A stretch of DNA of 64,000 nucleotides from Bdellovibrionales bacterium (GCA_965203275.1 OZ241865.1:2336001-2400000); one strand, 5' to 3'; counted from the stretch's first letter, positions 42,706-53,750 are shown. Numbers and translations are program-made. Notes: a model not told the origin generated them from the sequence alone.

Positions 42706-43563
42706 ATGAAACACAAAACCATCAAAACTTATGGAAAAGCTATCATTACAGGGGAACACAGTGTTCTCAGAGGAGGACTTGCAGTGGCATTTCCTCTCTC
42801 CCATCAATATTTAGAAATCACAACTTTTTTGAACACATCGTTAAATATTCCCCTACAAAAATCATCAGGTCGAAATTCAAAACAGCAGGTCATAGATCAA
42901 AAATTGCTTCGAAGAGTTTTAGAACTTTGTGGAAAATCTCTTACTGATTTTCAAGGCAATATTTTAATTAAAAATAATCTTGCAGGAGGCGGATTGGGTA
43001 GTAGTGCTGCTTTATGTGTTGCCTTGGGGCGTCTAATGGTCGATTGTGGTTTTCTACACTCAGGTGATCTTTTTAATTATTGTCATACATTAGAAAAATT
43101 TTTTCATGGAGAAAGCAGTGGATTAGATGTTGCAGTCATTTTAGAACAAACGCCTGTTTTTTATCAAAGAGAGCAAGGAACCACTCCTTTAAAGCTTCAG
43201 TGGCAACCTCATTTTTTCGTGTCCTTTTGTGGTCAAACAAGCCAAACTGATCAAAATATAACAAAAGTTCAAGCTCAAAGCACACTGCACATAGATCAAA
43301 AAATGTCTCATGCATCTTCTTTGGTCATACAAGCATTGCAAACAAACTCCACAGATGGCTTGCCTTTATTGATAGAGGCTATTCAAACAGCCAACCTTTG
43401 CTTTGAAGAGTGGTCCTTAATCACAAAAACTTTAAAGGAACATCTAAAGCACTGTCAAAAAGATGGAGCTATAGCTGTTAAACCAACAGGTTCTGGTGGT
43501 GGAGGGCATGTCTTGAGTTTGTTTAAATATCCACCCACATCTTCTATTTATACAAAAATTTGA
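42706..43563 (+). CDS. Mevalonate kinase (GHMP family)
   Basis: GKAIITGEH, GLGSSAA, HGESSGLD, KPTGSGGGG. Confidence 0.85.
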   Translation: MKHKTIKTYGKAIITGEHSVLRGGLAVAFPLSHQYLEITTFLNTSLNIPLQKSSGRNSKQQVIDQKLLRRVLELCGKSLTDFQGNILIKNNLAGGGLGSSAALCVALGRLMVDCGFLHSGDLFNYCHTLEKFFHGESSGLDVAVILEQTPVFYQREQGTTPLKLQWQPHFFVSFCGQTSQTDQNITKVQAQSTLHIDQKMSHASSLVIQALQTNSTDGLPLLIEAIQTANLCFEEWSLITKTLKEHLKHCQKDGAIAVKPTGSGGGGHVLSLFKYPPTSSIYTKI

Positions 43564-43640
43564 TTAAACTAAAATCTAAAATATTTATAAAATAGCTTAG
43601 CTTCCAGTTATTTTGAGTTAGAGAGATATTCTGATATTAT

Positions 43641-44303
43641 CTAAATTTGATGAAGGGTTTGGATGCTTTTTTTGTAATTATTTTTAAAGATATAATGACC
43701 TGCCACTAGAACATTGGCCCCTGCTTGGATACAGGCTTTTTTTGTCATAGCGTTGACGCCTCCATCCACAGAAATCCAAAGAGGTTGTTTGCAGTGCTTT
43801 TGAATAACTTTGATTTTTTCAAGTGGCTTTGGCATAAAACTTTGGCCAGAAAAACCTGGATTGACTGTCATAATCAAAACAAGCTCTACGTCATTTAAAA
43901 AAGGTATCAATTGCATCACATCAGTTGCAGGCTTTAAAGTAAGTCCTGCCTTCATTCCTAACTTGTGTATTTGGTTTAGAGTCTCTTGAGGATTTGTAAG
44001 GGTTTCTATATGGACTGTTAAAATATCAGCTCCTGCTTTTGCAAAAGGCAAAATATATTTATCTGGATTTTCTATCATAAGATGTACGTCTAGTGGTAAA
44101 GAAGTGATTTTTTTAATAGAGGCCACAAGACATGGACCCATTGTAAGATTAGGGACAAAATGTCCGTCCATGACATCTATATGGAGCCAATCTGCTCCTG
44201 CCACTTTCACAGCCTGCACTTCATCTGATAAATGAGCTAAGTCTGCCGAGAGTAAACTAGGAGAGACTAAAATTTTATTGTTAGTTACTTTTTCTATCAC
44301 CAA
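43641..44303 (-). CDS. rpe: Ribulose-phosphate 3-epimerase
   Basis: SPSLLSAD, HIDVMDGHFVPN, MTVNPGFSGQ, VDGG. Confidence 0.96.
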   Translation of the reverse strand: MVIEKVTNNKILVSPSLLSADLAHLSDEVQAVKVAGADWLHIDVMDGHFVPNLTMGPCLVASIKKITSLPLDVHLMIENPDKYILPFAKAGADILTVHIETLTNPQETLNQIHKLGMKAGLTLKPATDVMQLIPFLNDVELVLIMTVNPGFSGQSFMPKPLEKIKVIQKHCKQPLWISVDGGVNAMTKKACIQAGANVLVAGHYIFKNNYKKSIQTLHQI

Positions 44304-45235
44304 ATTTCTCCTACTTGAATATGGTATCCATTAATATACTGATCAGCTGTCATCGTTTGCTTTGACTCTGGTTGTATTTCCAATACATCAATAAAGCCTT
44401 TTTTACAAGACAAAGTGATGGCTTGTGGAGATATATGGACTACCTGCCCAGGTTGATATTTTTGAGAAGAATCTATAGATTGTGTTGTCAGGGTCATTTT
44501 TTTGATTTTGAGTCTTTTCCCTAAGCGTTGAATATAAACTCCAGGCCACATAAACAAACCTCGATATTGATTGAATATCTCTTGGGCCGAAGCTCTAAAA
44601 TCAATACGTCCTTCTTCTTTTTTTATTTTAGAAGCATAGCTTACAAGAGATTCGTTTTGTTCATTTAGCTTTGTAAGATGCCCTCTGAGATATTTCAAAA
44701 AAACATCTTTAATCAACTCAGCCCCCATTTGACTTAAAGTGACATAGAGTTGATCAGCTGTCATATTTACAGGGATTAAATAGCTTTTCTGTCCTAAGAC
44801 AGGTCCTGCATCTAGCTTTTTAACCATTTTTTGCAGACTCACCCCTGTTTGAGTATCTCCTGCCATTAAGGCTCTTTGGATAGGTGCAGCCCCTCTCCAC
44901 TGAGGCAATAAACTAGCATGTAAATTGACAGCTCCTTGAGGGAAAGCATCTAAAAATACTTGCTTTAAAATTTGTCCGTATGCGACAACCATAGCACAAT
45001 CTGCTTTAAGTTGTTGGATTTCCTCTAAAATAATATGAGGGCTATCTGTTTTGAAAGTGGGAATATCAAGTAACAGAGCAGCTTGAGCTATAGGTGAGGG
45101 TTTTAATTTCATTTTGCGACCAGCAGGGCGATCAGGTTGGGTGATCACACCTACCAAGTCAGTTGTTTGGTGGAGTACATGAAGTGATGGTAAAGCAAAA
45201 TCAGGTGTTCCTATAAATAAAATTCTGAAAGCCAT
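44297..45235 (-). CDS. fmt: Methionyl-tRNA formyltransferase
   Basis: FIGTPDFA, TQPDRPAGR, NLHASLLPQWRGAAPI. Confidence 0.96.
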   Translation of the reverse strand: MAFRILFIGTPDFALPSLHVLHQTTDLVGVITQPDRPAGRKMKLKPSPIAQAALLLDIPTFKTDSPHIILEEIQQLKADCAMVVAYGQILKQVFLDAFPQGAVNLHASLLPQWRGAAPIQRALMAGDTQTGVSLQKMVKKLDAGPVLGQKSYLIPVNMTADQLYVTLSQMGAELIKDVFLKYLRGHLTKLNEQNESLVSYASKIKKEEGRIDFRASAQEIFNQYRGLFMWPGVYIQRLGKRLKIKKMTLTTQSIDSSQKYQPGQVVHISPQAITLSCKKGFIDVLEIQPESKQTMTADQYINGYHIQVGEIW

Positions 45236-45299
45236 AATAAAAAACCTTTTTATTTATTACTGGACGTTCAATCTATAAAATTTTATTCTACACAATGTA

Positions 45300-46328
45300 A
45301 TGGGTATTTTATCAAAAAAGCTCAAATGCAAGCATGATTTTCAAGGTCGAGATCATATTGATCTTTCTTATACACTGACTGCTTATTTAAAGCAACTGAC
45401 CTCCTCATCATCTCAACAAAATAATATTTTTGATAATCATTCTGATGAAGAAATCCTTTTAGATTTTACTTTTTTATGTTTTTCATTGGCTTATTGGAGA
45501 GGGCATCAAAAAGAGTTTTGGATTCAAATGAAACAAATCCTTGAATCTTTTGAGGATTCAATAGATAGAAGGTTTTGTGAAGCTCTTTACTGTTTGCAGG
45601 TTTGCTCTATTGAAAATCAAAAAAGTCTCTATGAAATAATACAAAGGCAAGTTCAGTCGAAAATAAAATCAAATGATCAGCTACGTATTATACCTAGTGA
45701 GAATGGTTCTATGATTGCTCTTATTTTGTCTGCTGATAAGAGCTTGTTTGTTCAATCTTATTTGCCTTATGGGGTCATTTATCAAGGGGATATTTTGCCT
45801 TTATCTGATGGCACGTCTGTGCAGTACACTCCTGAAATGGATCTTGTGTCTCACAAACTCCATATTTTAAGAAAAAATGCTCAAGATTTTTATTTTATTC
45901 AGAAAATAAAAAATCTCTTTTCTGTTAAAGAGGTATCAGGTGTGACCTTTACTTCTAATGGCTTTGATCAGGTGAAAATGCTTGAAAAACATTTTCAGGT
46001 ATATTATTGTCTCAAGCATTTAGAGCAGTTTTTTATAGATCGGTCGACAGATCCCTATTATAAAAAGCTTGTAGAGCTGTTAGAAACCCAAATGCAATCT
46101 CTTTCAGAAACAGAAACCTTACAACAATTAGAAAGTAGCACAAAAGTTTATGAAAAGTGCAGAGTTATTGTGGATGGCATATTTCAAAATGATAAATTGC
46201 TTTTGCTTTTATTAAGGCAGATGAATGAAAGAATCAATCAAGTCAAAACACTGTTAGGAGAAGTCTGTGAAAAAAACATCAAAGAAAATCAGACTCAATC
46301 ATCTCTTAGCCCAGAGTGGGGTATGTAG
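45300..46328 (+). CDS. Hypothetical protein
   Basis: 342-aa ORF overlapping the downstream pseudouridine synthase. Confidence 0.65.
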   Translation: MGILSKKLKCKHDFQGRDHIDLSYTLTAYLKQLTSSSSQQNNIFDNHSDEEILLDFTFLCFSLAYWRGHQKEFWIQMKQILESFEDSIDRRFCEALYCLQVCSIENQKSLYEIIQRQVQSKIKSNDQLRIIPSENGSMIALILSADKSLFVQSYLPYGVIYQGDILPLSDGTSVQYTPEMDLVSHKLHILRKNAQDFYFIQKIKNLFSVKEVSGVTFTSNGFDQVKMLEKHFQVYYCLKHLEQFFIDRSTDPYYKKLVELLETQMQSLSETETLQQLESSTKVYEKCRVIVDGIFQNDKLLLLLLRQMNERINQVKTLLGEVCEKNIKENQTQSSLSPEWGM

Positions 46329-46992
46329 TCGGAGAAAGGCAGATCATCTCTTACAGGCAGGTCATATTCAAGTCAATAAAAAGCGTATTTTACAATTAGG
46401 TTTTAAAGTCGACCCTTTAAAAGATCAGGTTACAGTCCATGGACGTTTGGTTATTTGGAAAGAAGATTTTGTTTATTATCTTTTTAATAAACCTAAAAAT
46501 GTATTGACTACATTAAATGATCCTCAAGGACGTTTGAATATTTCTGATTTTTTAAAAGGGATTCGTAAGAGGGTTTTCCCTGTGGGGCGTTTAGATTGGG
46601 ATTGTGAGGGTTTGTTGATTTTGACCAATGACGGTCAGTTAGCTCATCGCATTTTACATCCTCGCTTTGCTGTGACAAAAACTTACATAGCTAAAATTAA
46701 TGGTCGGATAAAAAGAGAGCATATAAATAAATTAAAAGAGGGTGTCTTTATTTTAGGGAAAAAAGTAAAAGCAAAAGAAGTTATTTATTTAAAAAAGCGA
46801 TCAAGTAATAAGTATGACTGGGTTCAGATCACTATTTCAGAAGGGAAAAATCAGCAAATTAAACGTATGTTTTGGAAAATAGGTTTTGATGTTCTTAAAT
46901 TAAAACGTATTAAGATAGGGGGGCTGTCTATAGGTCGTTTGAAGAAGGGACAAATACGTCAAATGAATGCAAGAGATATATCTAAAATCTAA
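46267..46992 (+). CDS. rRNA pseudouridine synthase (RsuA/RluB family)
   Basis: S4 domain (GVCSRRKAD), FPVGRLD, EGKNQQIKRM. Confidence 0.92.
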   Translation: MKKTSKKIRLNHLLAQSGVCSRRKADHLLQAGHIQVNKKRILQLGFKVDPLKDQVTVHGRLVIWKEDFVYYLFNKPKNVLTTLNDPQGRLNISDFLKGIRKRVFPVGRLDWDCEGLLILTNDGQLAHRILHPRFAVTKTYIAKINGRIKREHINKLKEGVFILGKKVKAKEVIYLKKRSSNKYDWVQITISEGKNQQIKRMFWKIGFDVLKLKRIKIGGLSIGRLKKGQIRQMNARDISKI

Positions 46993-47033
46993 CTTTATAA
47001 TCATCAAGCTTTCTGTTGTATTCATTTGTTGTA

Positions 47034-47822
47034 TTAACAAGTAGGGAATGAGGGTTTGCGTTTTTCTAAAAAGGCAGCAAGTCCTTCTTGACCCTCTGGA
47101 CTTGATTGGCATTTTTTTAATAAAGAGATTGCTTCTGAAAGTAACTCCTTTGGAATATCATCTTGTATTTTTCTAATCAGGGATTTGGTAGCTCTCACTG
47201 CCCCTCTCCCTACAGATGATATGTGATGGCATTTGTCGACAATATATTTATCTACTTCTTGCTCTGTACCTACAAAATTCAAAAGTCCTTTTGATAAGGC
47301 TTTATCAGCATGGAACATTTCACCAGTCAACATGACTTCCAAAAGTGAAGCTGGAAGTGCTTTTTTACAAACAAATAGACTAATAATAGCAGGAAGGACT
47401 CCTAGTTTGACTTCGCTAAAAGCAAAAAGAGTTTCGTGAGTAGCAGCTACAATATCAGAAGCAGCAGTGATTCCAATGCCTCCTCCAATAGTATGGCCAT
47501 GGATACGGCAAATCACAGGATGAGGACATTGATAGATTGTTTGCAAAAGCGTGTAAATAATATCCACAGATGTATTTTGAGGTTTGTGAGATGATTTCAT
47601 CCAATTGATATCTCCTCCCGCACAAAAGCTTTTGCCATTCCCTCTTAAAACAATAGCAGCGATATTGGCTTGAGAAGAGCTACTGTATTTTTGAAACACA
47701 TCAATAAGCTCTTGCATCATATCTTCATTAAGTGCATTGCGATATTTTGGCCGATTAAGAGCAATAGTTAAAATAGATTTTTCTTCTGAGCATTCAATAG
47801 ATGACATGATCATACCTTTCAA
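47034..47822 (-). CDS. Enoyl-CoA hydratase/isomerase (methylglutaconyl-CoA hydratase-like)
   Basis: LNRPKYRNAL, FCAGGD, GGGIG, SEVKLG, EGLAAFLEKRKP. Confidence 0.9.
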   Translation of the reverse strand: MKGMIMSSIECSEEKSILTIALNRPKYRNALNEDMMQELIDVFQKYSSSSQANIAAIVLRGNGKSFCAGGDINWMKSSHKPQNTSVDIIYTLLQTIYQCPHPVICRIHGHTIGGGIGITAASDIVAATHETLFAFSEVKLGVLPAIISLFVCKKALPASLLEVMLTGEMFHADKALSKGLLNFVGTEQEVDKYIVDKCHHISSVGRGAVRATKSLIRKIQDDIPKELLSEAISLLKKCQSSPEGQEGLAAFLEKRKPSFPTC

Positions 47823-47846
47823 TATAATTAGTTGATTATAGTAAGT

Positions 47847-48047
47847 TTATTTACAGATTTTGTGGACTTCTTCTTCTGATAAGCCAGTGATCTCACAAAC
47901 TTCTTGAATAGTCATGTTTTTTTCAATAAGTTTAAGAGCTACCTCCTGCCGACCTTCCTGCCGACCTTCCTGCCGACCTTTTTGCAGACCTTTTTGCAGA
48001 CCTTCTTGCAGGCCTTCTTGTCTTAATTTAAAAGCGGTACTTGGCAT
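47847..48047 (-). CDS. Putative internally translated small Rpn protein (RpnS-like, 66 aa)
   Basis: In-frame AAGGAGG-N8-ATG inside the rpn gene. Confidence 0.6.
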   Translation of the reverse strand: MPSTAFKLRQEGLQEGLQKGLQKGRQEGRQEGRQEVALKLIEKNMTIQEVCEITGLSEEEVHKICK

Positions 48048-48803
48048 AACTAATCCCTCCTTCTTGGAAATAATCCCACTTTCAATATCACTCAATACTT
48101 TCCTTGAATAATCTGTTACTTGTAACAAATATTCACCTAAAATACCTCCATACTCATTGTACAAAATAGAACCTTTACTACTATTGTAGCAGAGTTCAAG
48201 AACAGACTTAATCGCATCTTTTGTCATATTAGGAGCAAATTTAAAAGCATAACAAAGAGCGGCTATAGCTCCTGCCTCTTCTCTTATATCTTGCTCCGAC
48301 TTTCTATTTAAGTCTACCACATCTAAACCAAAATTCAAGCCCGAAGGCCCAAAAACTCTCTTCATCTCTGATGTCCAGTCAAATGCAGACTGTAAATTAG
48401 TTGCCATATTGAAAGGTGCTTTGCCGTGTAATAGCACAACAGTCATTACAGGATAAATCTTTGCTTCTAAGAGGGCTACATTGTATTTCAAAACTTGAAG
48501 ATAAAACTGTTTTTGAGAACTTATTGAGCTTTTATGTTCTACAATCACTCCCACAAGGGTTTTTGTATTCATCCCCTTTAAACCAATCTGAGCAATCACA
48601 TCCGCACGACATTCTTGAAATATCCCACCTATTTTCTTTTGGATCATCTCTGTTCCAATAAATTCAAACCTATTAAAGTCTAATGCATTAAATTTTTCTG
48701 CACTTAATGCAAATTTTAAAAAACTCTTAAAACGAGCTTTTTGTTTAAGACATAACTTTGCTGTTTTATCAAAATCAATTTGAGAATCACTTACACTTAC
48801 CAT
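47847..48803 (-). CDS. Rpn/YhgA-like PD-(D/E)XK nuclease
   Basis: RADVI...VEHKS, C-terminal EGLQ/EGRQ 12-bp repeats, ITGLSEEEV. Confidence 0.85.
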   Translation of the reverse strand: MVSVSDSQIDFDKTAKLCLKQKARFKSFLKFALSAEKFNALDFNRFEFIGTEMIQKKIGGIFQECRADVIAQIGLKGMNTKTLVGVIVEHKSSISSQKQFYLQVLKYNVALLEAKIYPVMTVVLLHGKAPFNMATNLQSAFDWTSEMKRVFGPSGLNFGLDVVDLNRKSEQDIREEAGAIAALCYAFKFAPNMTKDAIKSVLELCYNSSKGSILYNEYGGILGEYLLQVTDYSRKVLSDIESGIISKKEGLVMPSTAFKLRQEGLQEGLQKGLQKGRQEGRQEGRQEVALKLIEKNMTIQEVCEITGLSEEEVHKICK

Positions 48804-49138
48804 AATTATTACTCCTTCTTTTTTAAGGTTGGCTTAAAAGTTTAGTTTAAAAAGTTTAAGATAATCATTAAAATTGATAATGTCAAGAGATTATTGTGAG
48901 TATTATTGACAGTGCTTGTTATTATGGTAGTGTTAGGAAACGATTCCTTAACATGATATTTATCCGGGATCCGGGATCTGGCAACCCGGCATTAGGTCTT
49001 ATAGCACTGTCATTGAGATATAGGAAATATATCTAAGAGAGAGATAATTTTTTAAAAATCATCAATGTTTTCTAATAAGGTATCAACAACTTCACTTGTC
49101 TAATGTGGATTGACAAATAAAGTTGTTGTCTTCAAAGT

Positions 49139-49720
49139 CTATCTAAGTGATTCGAGTCCTAATTGCCCCGCTACCGTATCATTTGAAATGCTTGAACGAA
49201 TATTGGCTAGAAGATTCCAAAGATTAGTGAAGCCATCCTGTGTCAATACGATAAAGTTTTGCCATTCTCCAGAATTTTTCTGTTGCAAATATGTAAACGA
49301 TATACCTGCTACAATTGTGGAACCTACTAAAAGAGTCCCTGTTTTTGCCACTCTCATAAGATTCCTGAGATTTCTAAAGAAAGCCCTTATAGCAATTGTA
49401 GTAGCAGTAGCTCCTATCCCTAAAGCAGCAAAGGTGTATAGACTATCTTCTGATAACAAAGCTTTAATCTTACCATCATTAGTTAGTGTAGCTCCAGCCA
49501 GATCAGTTTGTAAGGCTCCTGTGTGATGAAGTAAGAACTGAGCTTCTGTCGCCGTTACCCTATCTGATTGAGCTACAGCTCTTCCTTGGGGTTTTTCTTG
49601 TGCTTTTGCACTTTTTGAACTTTGATGATGATCGTGTTTGGCTACTGTCTCTGGTGCAGTCGTGCATCCCACTGATATAGTCACCAAAGCAAATAATAAA
49701 AAGCTTAAATAATATTTCAT
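49139..49720 (-). CDS. Lipoprotein with hydrophobic/amphipathic helices (paralogue 1)
   Basis: Lipobox SVGC, SD AAGGAG. Confidence 0.8.
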   Translation of the reverse strand: MKYYLSFLLFALVTISVGCTTAPETVAKHDHHQSSKSAKAQEKPQGRAVAQSDRVTATEAQFLLHHTGALQTDLAGATLTNDGKIKALLSEDSLYTFAALGIGATATTIAIRAFFRNLRNLMRVAKTGTLLVGSTIVAGISFTYLQQKNSGEWQNFIVLTQDGFTNLWNLLANIRSSISNDTVAGQLGLESLR

Positions 49721-49733
49721 GATTGACTCCTTT

Positions 49734-50006
<273 letters not shown>

Positions 50007-50127
50007 GAATAAGTCCTTCCTTTTGTTTTTCAACATTGTGTTAAGGGAACAATTCCTTCTAATGCTTGAGTGCCGGATCCCGTCCCGGATAAAGTATATT
50101 TAAATACCCTTTCATTACTATTATCGG

Positions 50128-50321
50128 CTCAAAATATTGAATACTTTTATCAACTTTTAATTTTATCTAAAACTTAGTCTTTTGTCTTATGGTTTCTAAC
50201 ATGGAATTCTTCTTGTTTCACTCAAAATATTGAATACTTTTATCAACTTTTAATTTTATCTAAAACTTAGTCTTTTGTCTTATGGTTTCTAACATGGAAT
50301 TCTTCTTGTTTCACTCAAAAT
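50128..50321. repeat. 93-bp tandem duplication
   Basis: ctcaaaata at 50128, 50221 and 50314. Confidence 0.9.
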
Positions 50322-51078
50322 AAATCATGCCTCTGTTTCCCTAAAATTGAACTAGCCTCTGGCTACTTTTGGGCAGTTAGCCCGACGGCTACCGCCGTCG
50401 ATCAAAGGCTAACCGCCTCAAAAGCTTGTTCAATTTTAGGAAGAAGAATCTCTTCGTCTCTTGACCACATGTTAAGGAAAAAGTTCCTTCTTACACCTTG
50501 GGCAATGACCGCAATGGCTTTCGCCATTGGCAAAATGCTCATTGCCTCAAAAATCTATGCATTTTGAGTAGAGGAGGATCCTTTTATTCCTCTACACCAT
50601 GTTAGGGAAACAAGATATGTCTCTAAAATGTTTTTGGAGAGCAAGCGGATTTACGAATAAGGAACTTTTTCCTTAACATGAAATTTATCCGGGATCTGGG
50701 ATCCGGGATCTGGGAGATGTTTCCTTAACATGATGTTAAAAAACGAGGAGATCCTCTCTACTCAAAATGAGCAGTTTTTTGCGGCATTGCTCTTTTTGGA
50801 CAGCGATAGCTGTCAGAGCAATGCCCAAAAACACACCAGAGGTGTGGCTCATTTTGAGTGAAACAACTAACTTCCTACTCAAAGTGAACAGGCTTTTGAG
50901 ACAATGACCATTTTGTCAAAGGCGAAAGCCTTTGCGGTCATTGTCTAAAAGTGACCAGAGGTCAGTTCACTTTGAGTGAAACAGAGGCTGGTTTATTTTT
51001 AGTGAGACAAACGTGGTCATCGCCAGAAAGTGACCAGAGGTCAGTTCATTTTGAGTGAAACAAACCACATTTAGTGAA
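50305..51078. repeat. Cluster of 4 structured repeats (2 forward, 2 reverse), a GGATCCC element and stacked ends
   Basis: Copies ~50335-50480, ~50498-50612, ~50718-50865, ~50874-50984; end fragments to ~51078. Confidence 0.9.
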
Positions 51079-51128
51079 AAAGAAGGCATGATGGAGCATA
51101 AAGGCCGCTTGCTACGGCCCTTGTATTC

Positions 51129-51851
51129 TTATTGACGTGTCGATCTTAAGAGTGTTTTCACATCTTCTGAAGTCATTACAGTATCTCCTGTTTCTTCTAT
51201 AACTATTCTCACATTTTCTTCAGTTATAACAATATCTTCAGCCTTTAGCATTAATTGGATAATTTCACTATAGCTATTAATTAAAAAGGGGTATCTGAGA
51301 TAGGATATGTAAGCCAGTGCAAAGGCATTCATTAAAGGCGAAGAAGGTTTTATAGTTTGAATGTCAACGTCAGCTCCGGCTACTAGCAATAGCTTGACAA
51401 TCTCAATATAAAGATCGTGGTGGGTATCTTCAGTAGACCTTTGAAGAGCATATATTAAAGGCGGATTGCCATTTTCATTGTCTCTAGTATTAACATCAGC
51501 ACCGGCTTCTAGCAATAGCCTGACAATCTCAATATGGCCTCTATAACTAGCATCTATTAATGCCGTCGTACCATTATCGCTTAGATGATTGACGTCAGCA
51601 CCGTTTGCAATTAAACGTCTTACACCATTAAGGTCGTTAATTATAATGCATTGTCTTAGGGATTCACATTGCTGAGTGTCTACTGCATCTTGAGTGTCTA
51701 CTGCATCTTGAGTGTCTACTGCATCTTGAGTATCTACTGCATTTTGAATATCTACTGCATGTTGAGTGTCTATTGTATTGTGAGTAAATTCTTTATTTTG
51801 ACATGCAACCATGGACAAAAATAAAGATAAAGAAAAAAATATATTTTTCAT
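51129..51851 (-). CDS. Ankyrin-repeat lipoprotein with an 18-bp (DTQDAV) repeat linker
   Basis: Lipobox MVAC, GADVN ankyrin repeats. Confidence 0.88.
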   Translation of the reverse strand: MKNIFFSLSLFLSMVACQNKEFTHNTIDTQHAVDIQNAVDTQDAVDTQDAVDTQDAVDTQQCESLRQCIIINDLNGVRRLIANGADVNHLSDNGTTALIDASYRGHIEIVRLLLEAGADVNTRDNENGNPPLIYALQRSTEDTHHDLYIEIVKLLLVAGADVDIQTIKPSSPLMNAFALAYISYLRYPFLINSYSEIIQLMLKAEDIVITEENVRIVIEETGDTVMTSEDVKTLLRSTRQ

Positions 51852-51911
51852 TGTTTATACCTCCTTTTTAATAGGTTTAAAGTTTTAATTTAAAATAATA
51901 CTAAAGGTACA

Positions 51912-51982
51912 TGCAAGATTAAGGCCTTAATTAAATAGGCTTTTCTTATGTTTTAGAAGCAAAACATGACAATTTTTGTCAT
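51912..51982 (-). promoter_or_regulatory. Putative sigma-54 promoter with TGACA-N5-TGTCA palindrome
   Basis: Minus strand AGGCCTTAATCTTGCA (GG-N10-GC) at 51912-51927; palindrome at 51966-51982. Confidence 0.5.
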
Positions 51983-52113
51983 TATATCTTATTTAGGGGC
52001 CAAAATCAGGCACTTTTTAAGGATTAAGAAAAAAGTGGGTAGAAGTCCCAATCCTTAAGTAAGTCCAAAGAACGGCTTGATTTGTCTAAAATCCTATACT
52101 TCCACTTTTAGGA

Positions 52114-53550
52114 CTACAACAACGTGTCTTCGAGTTGTTTTAATTCTTCAGACATTGCAGGTGTTAAAAAATTAAAACTATCTATTGAGTAAAGATAATG
52201 TAATCGACATAATGGATCTGTTACTGTAGCATCATTAAAAATACACATAAAGTTAGGGTCATTTTCAGAACGCCTGATTAACCTAAGTGTAATAGCCTTT
52301 CTTTGATCACCTTGTGCAACTTCTCTTTCTAACAGCTCTTTTCTAAGTGTGAACATTCCTTTTATTTTATTATAGAGCATAGCATTTTCATTCCCGTATA
52401 TATTTCTTCCTAAATAACCATCTAACTTTCTTTTGACATTCCAATAGTCTACAACGTATATGTTGAGGATTTTGCAAAAGTCTTTCATAACCTCTATGGA
52501 AGGGTCACATTGCCAAAGCATTTCAACGTATAACCTTTTAGGCATATTGTATCTTACTTCTTCTGTTGATTTGATCTTATTTAAATATGCAAGCATGCTT
52601 GTATACATTGAAGTTCGACGTATCCAAAATTGTTCTTCTAAAGTCATGGAGCTTAGGGATTTTGCAAACTCTTCAACCCCCGTAGCAACTTCATTTCCTC
52701 TTTGTGTAGCAGCTATTGTATTTTGTATTGTATTTTGTTGGTGTATTTGTTCATAAGGACTATCTCCTTTTTGAAATAAAATACTGGATACACCAGCAGC
52801 ACCTGCACCCAAACGCCATTTAAGTCTTTGTAAAAAAGTTATTCTTCTACGTAAAGCTTGCATAACTCTTGTTCGTCGAAGCCACCTATAAAATCCTGCA
52901 CTTTGAATAAGTGTTTTACTTAAAGAAAGTCCACGTTTAAGAACACTAAAAAGCTTTCCTGTCACACCGCCTATGGCAACCCATTCTACAGCATACGCAT
53001 CGACAACTCTACTCATATCGACTCTTAAAATAGCGTCTTTTATTTCCTTATGTAATTGTTCAGAGTCTAAATTATTTTCTTTAGCACAATCTTCAATAGC
53101 ATCCGAAAAACCTTCAGTGTCTATAAGAGACTGAACATAATTTGTATTTAAAACAAAAAGTTCATCAGTATCATCGAGTTCATCAGTGTCATGGCTATTG
53201 CTATTTTGACCAAATAATGTGTTTCTAAAAGCCTCATGCTCTAAGGAAAGCCATTGCATAAGCCCATTTTTATATCTTTGATCTCTTATCAAAGGGTTGT
53301 ATACATCCATTATATCCATTACTCCAGGAGTGTGACCTGTCCCGTTGTTGTATGTGAAGACATAGCAAAGGTCATTGGCAACTCTATAAGAGGTCGCCTC
53401 TACTAATAGGTCTATTTTTTTTTTATTAGCTTGTAAAGATCGCTCAGTATTGTGGAACTGTAAATCTTCTAATAAGTTTGAATTATTAGCTTGTGTTAAA
53501 GATGGATAGAAAAAAAGACATATAAAAATAATAGATTTAAAAAGTTTCAT
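52114..53550 (-). CDS. Secreted hypothetical protein with a central cationic amphipathic segment
   Basis: Signal peptide LTQA; 478-aa ORF. Confidence 0.75.
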   Translation of the reverse strand: MKLFKSIIFICLFFYPSLTQANNSNLLEDLQFHNTERSLQANKKKIDLLVEATSYRVANDLCYVFTYNNGTGHTPGVMDIMDVYNPLIRDQRYKNGLMQWLSLEHEAFRNTLFGQNSNSHDTDELDDTDELFVLNTNYVQSLIDTEGFSDAIEDCAKENNLDSEQLHKEIKDAILRVDMSRVVDAYAVEWVAIGGVTGKLFSVLKRGLSLSKTLIQSAGFYRWLRRTRVMQALRRRITFLQRLKWRLGAGAAGVSSILFQKGDSPYEQIHQQNTIQNTIAATQRGNEVATGVEEFAKSLSSMTLEEQFWIRRTSMYTSMLAYLNKIKSTEEVRYNMPKRLYVEMLWQCDPSIEVMKDFCKILNIYVVDYWNVKRKLDGYLGRNIYGNENAMLYNKIKGMFTLRKELLEREVAQGDQRKAITLRLIRRSENDPNFMCIFNDATVTDPLCRLHYLYSIDSFNFLTPAMSEELKQLEDTLL

Positions 53551-53623
53551 AAAAGCTCCCTTATATATTATTTTAGGTTGATATTTGTGAATGACTGTCA
53601 GTCATCCTCTTTAATAATTTAAA

Positions 53624-53750
53624 AGCAATTTTCATTCCAAAAGTTAAAAACCATCTTATAGCTTTATTTACAATGGAATCAGCAGATATAGCTTTAATCA
53701 ATGAGTGTAAAGGGATATGTCATGTATGAATACAGTGACAAAATTTGTCA
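53624..53750 (-). promoter_or_regulatory. Putative sigma-54 promoter with TGACA-N5-TGTCA palindrome
   Basis: Minus strand TGGAATGAAAATTGCT at 53624-53639; palindrome at 53736-53750. Confidence 0.5.

Noticed and set aside
47847..48803. Rpn as the transposase mobilising the repeats
   Set aside because: No evidence beyond proximity, and the Rpn family is not shown to transpose such elements.
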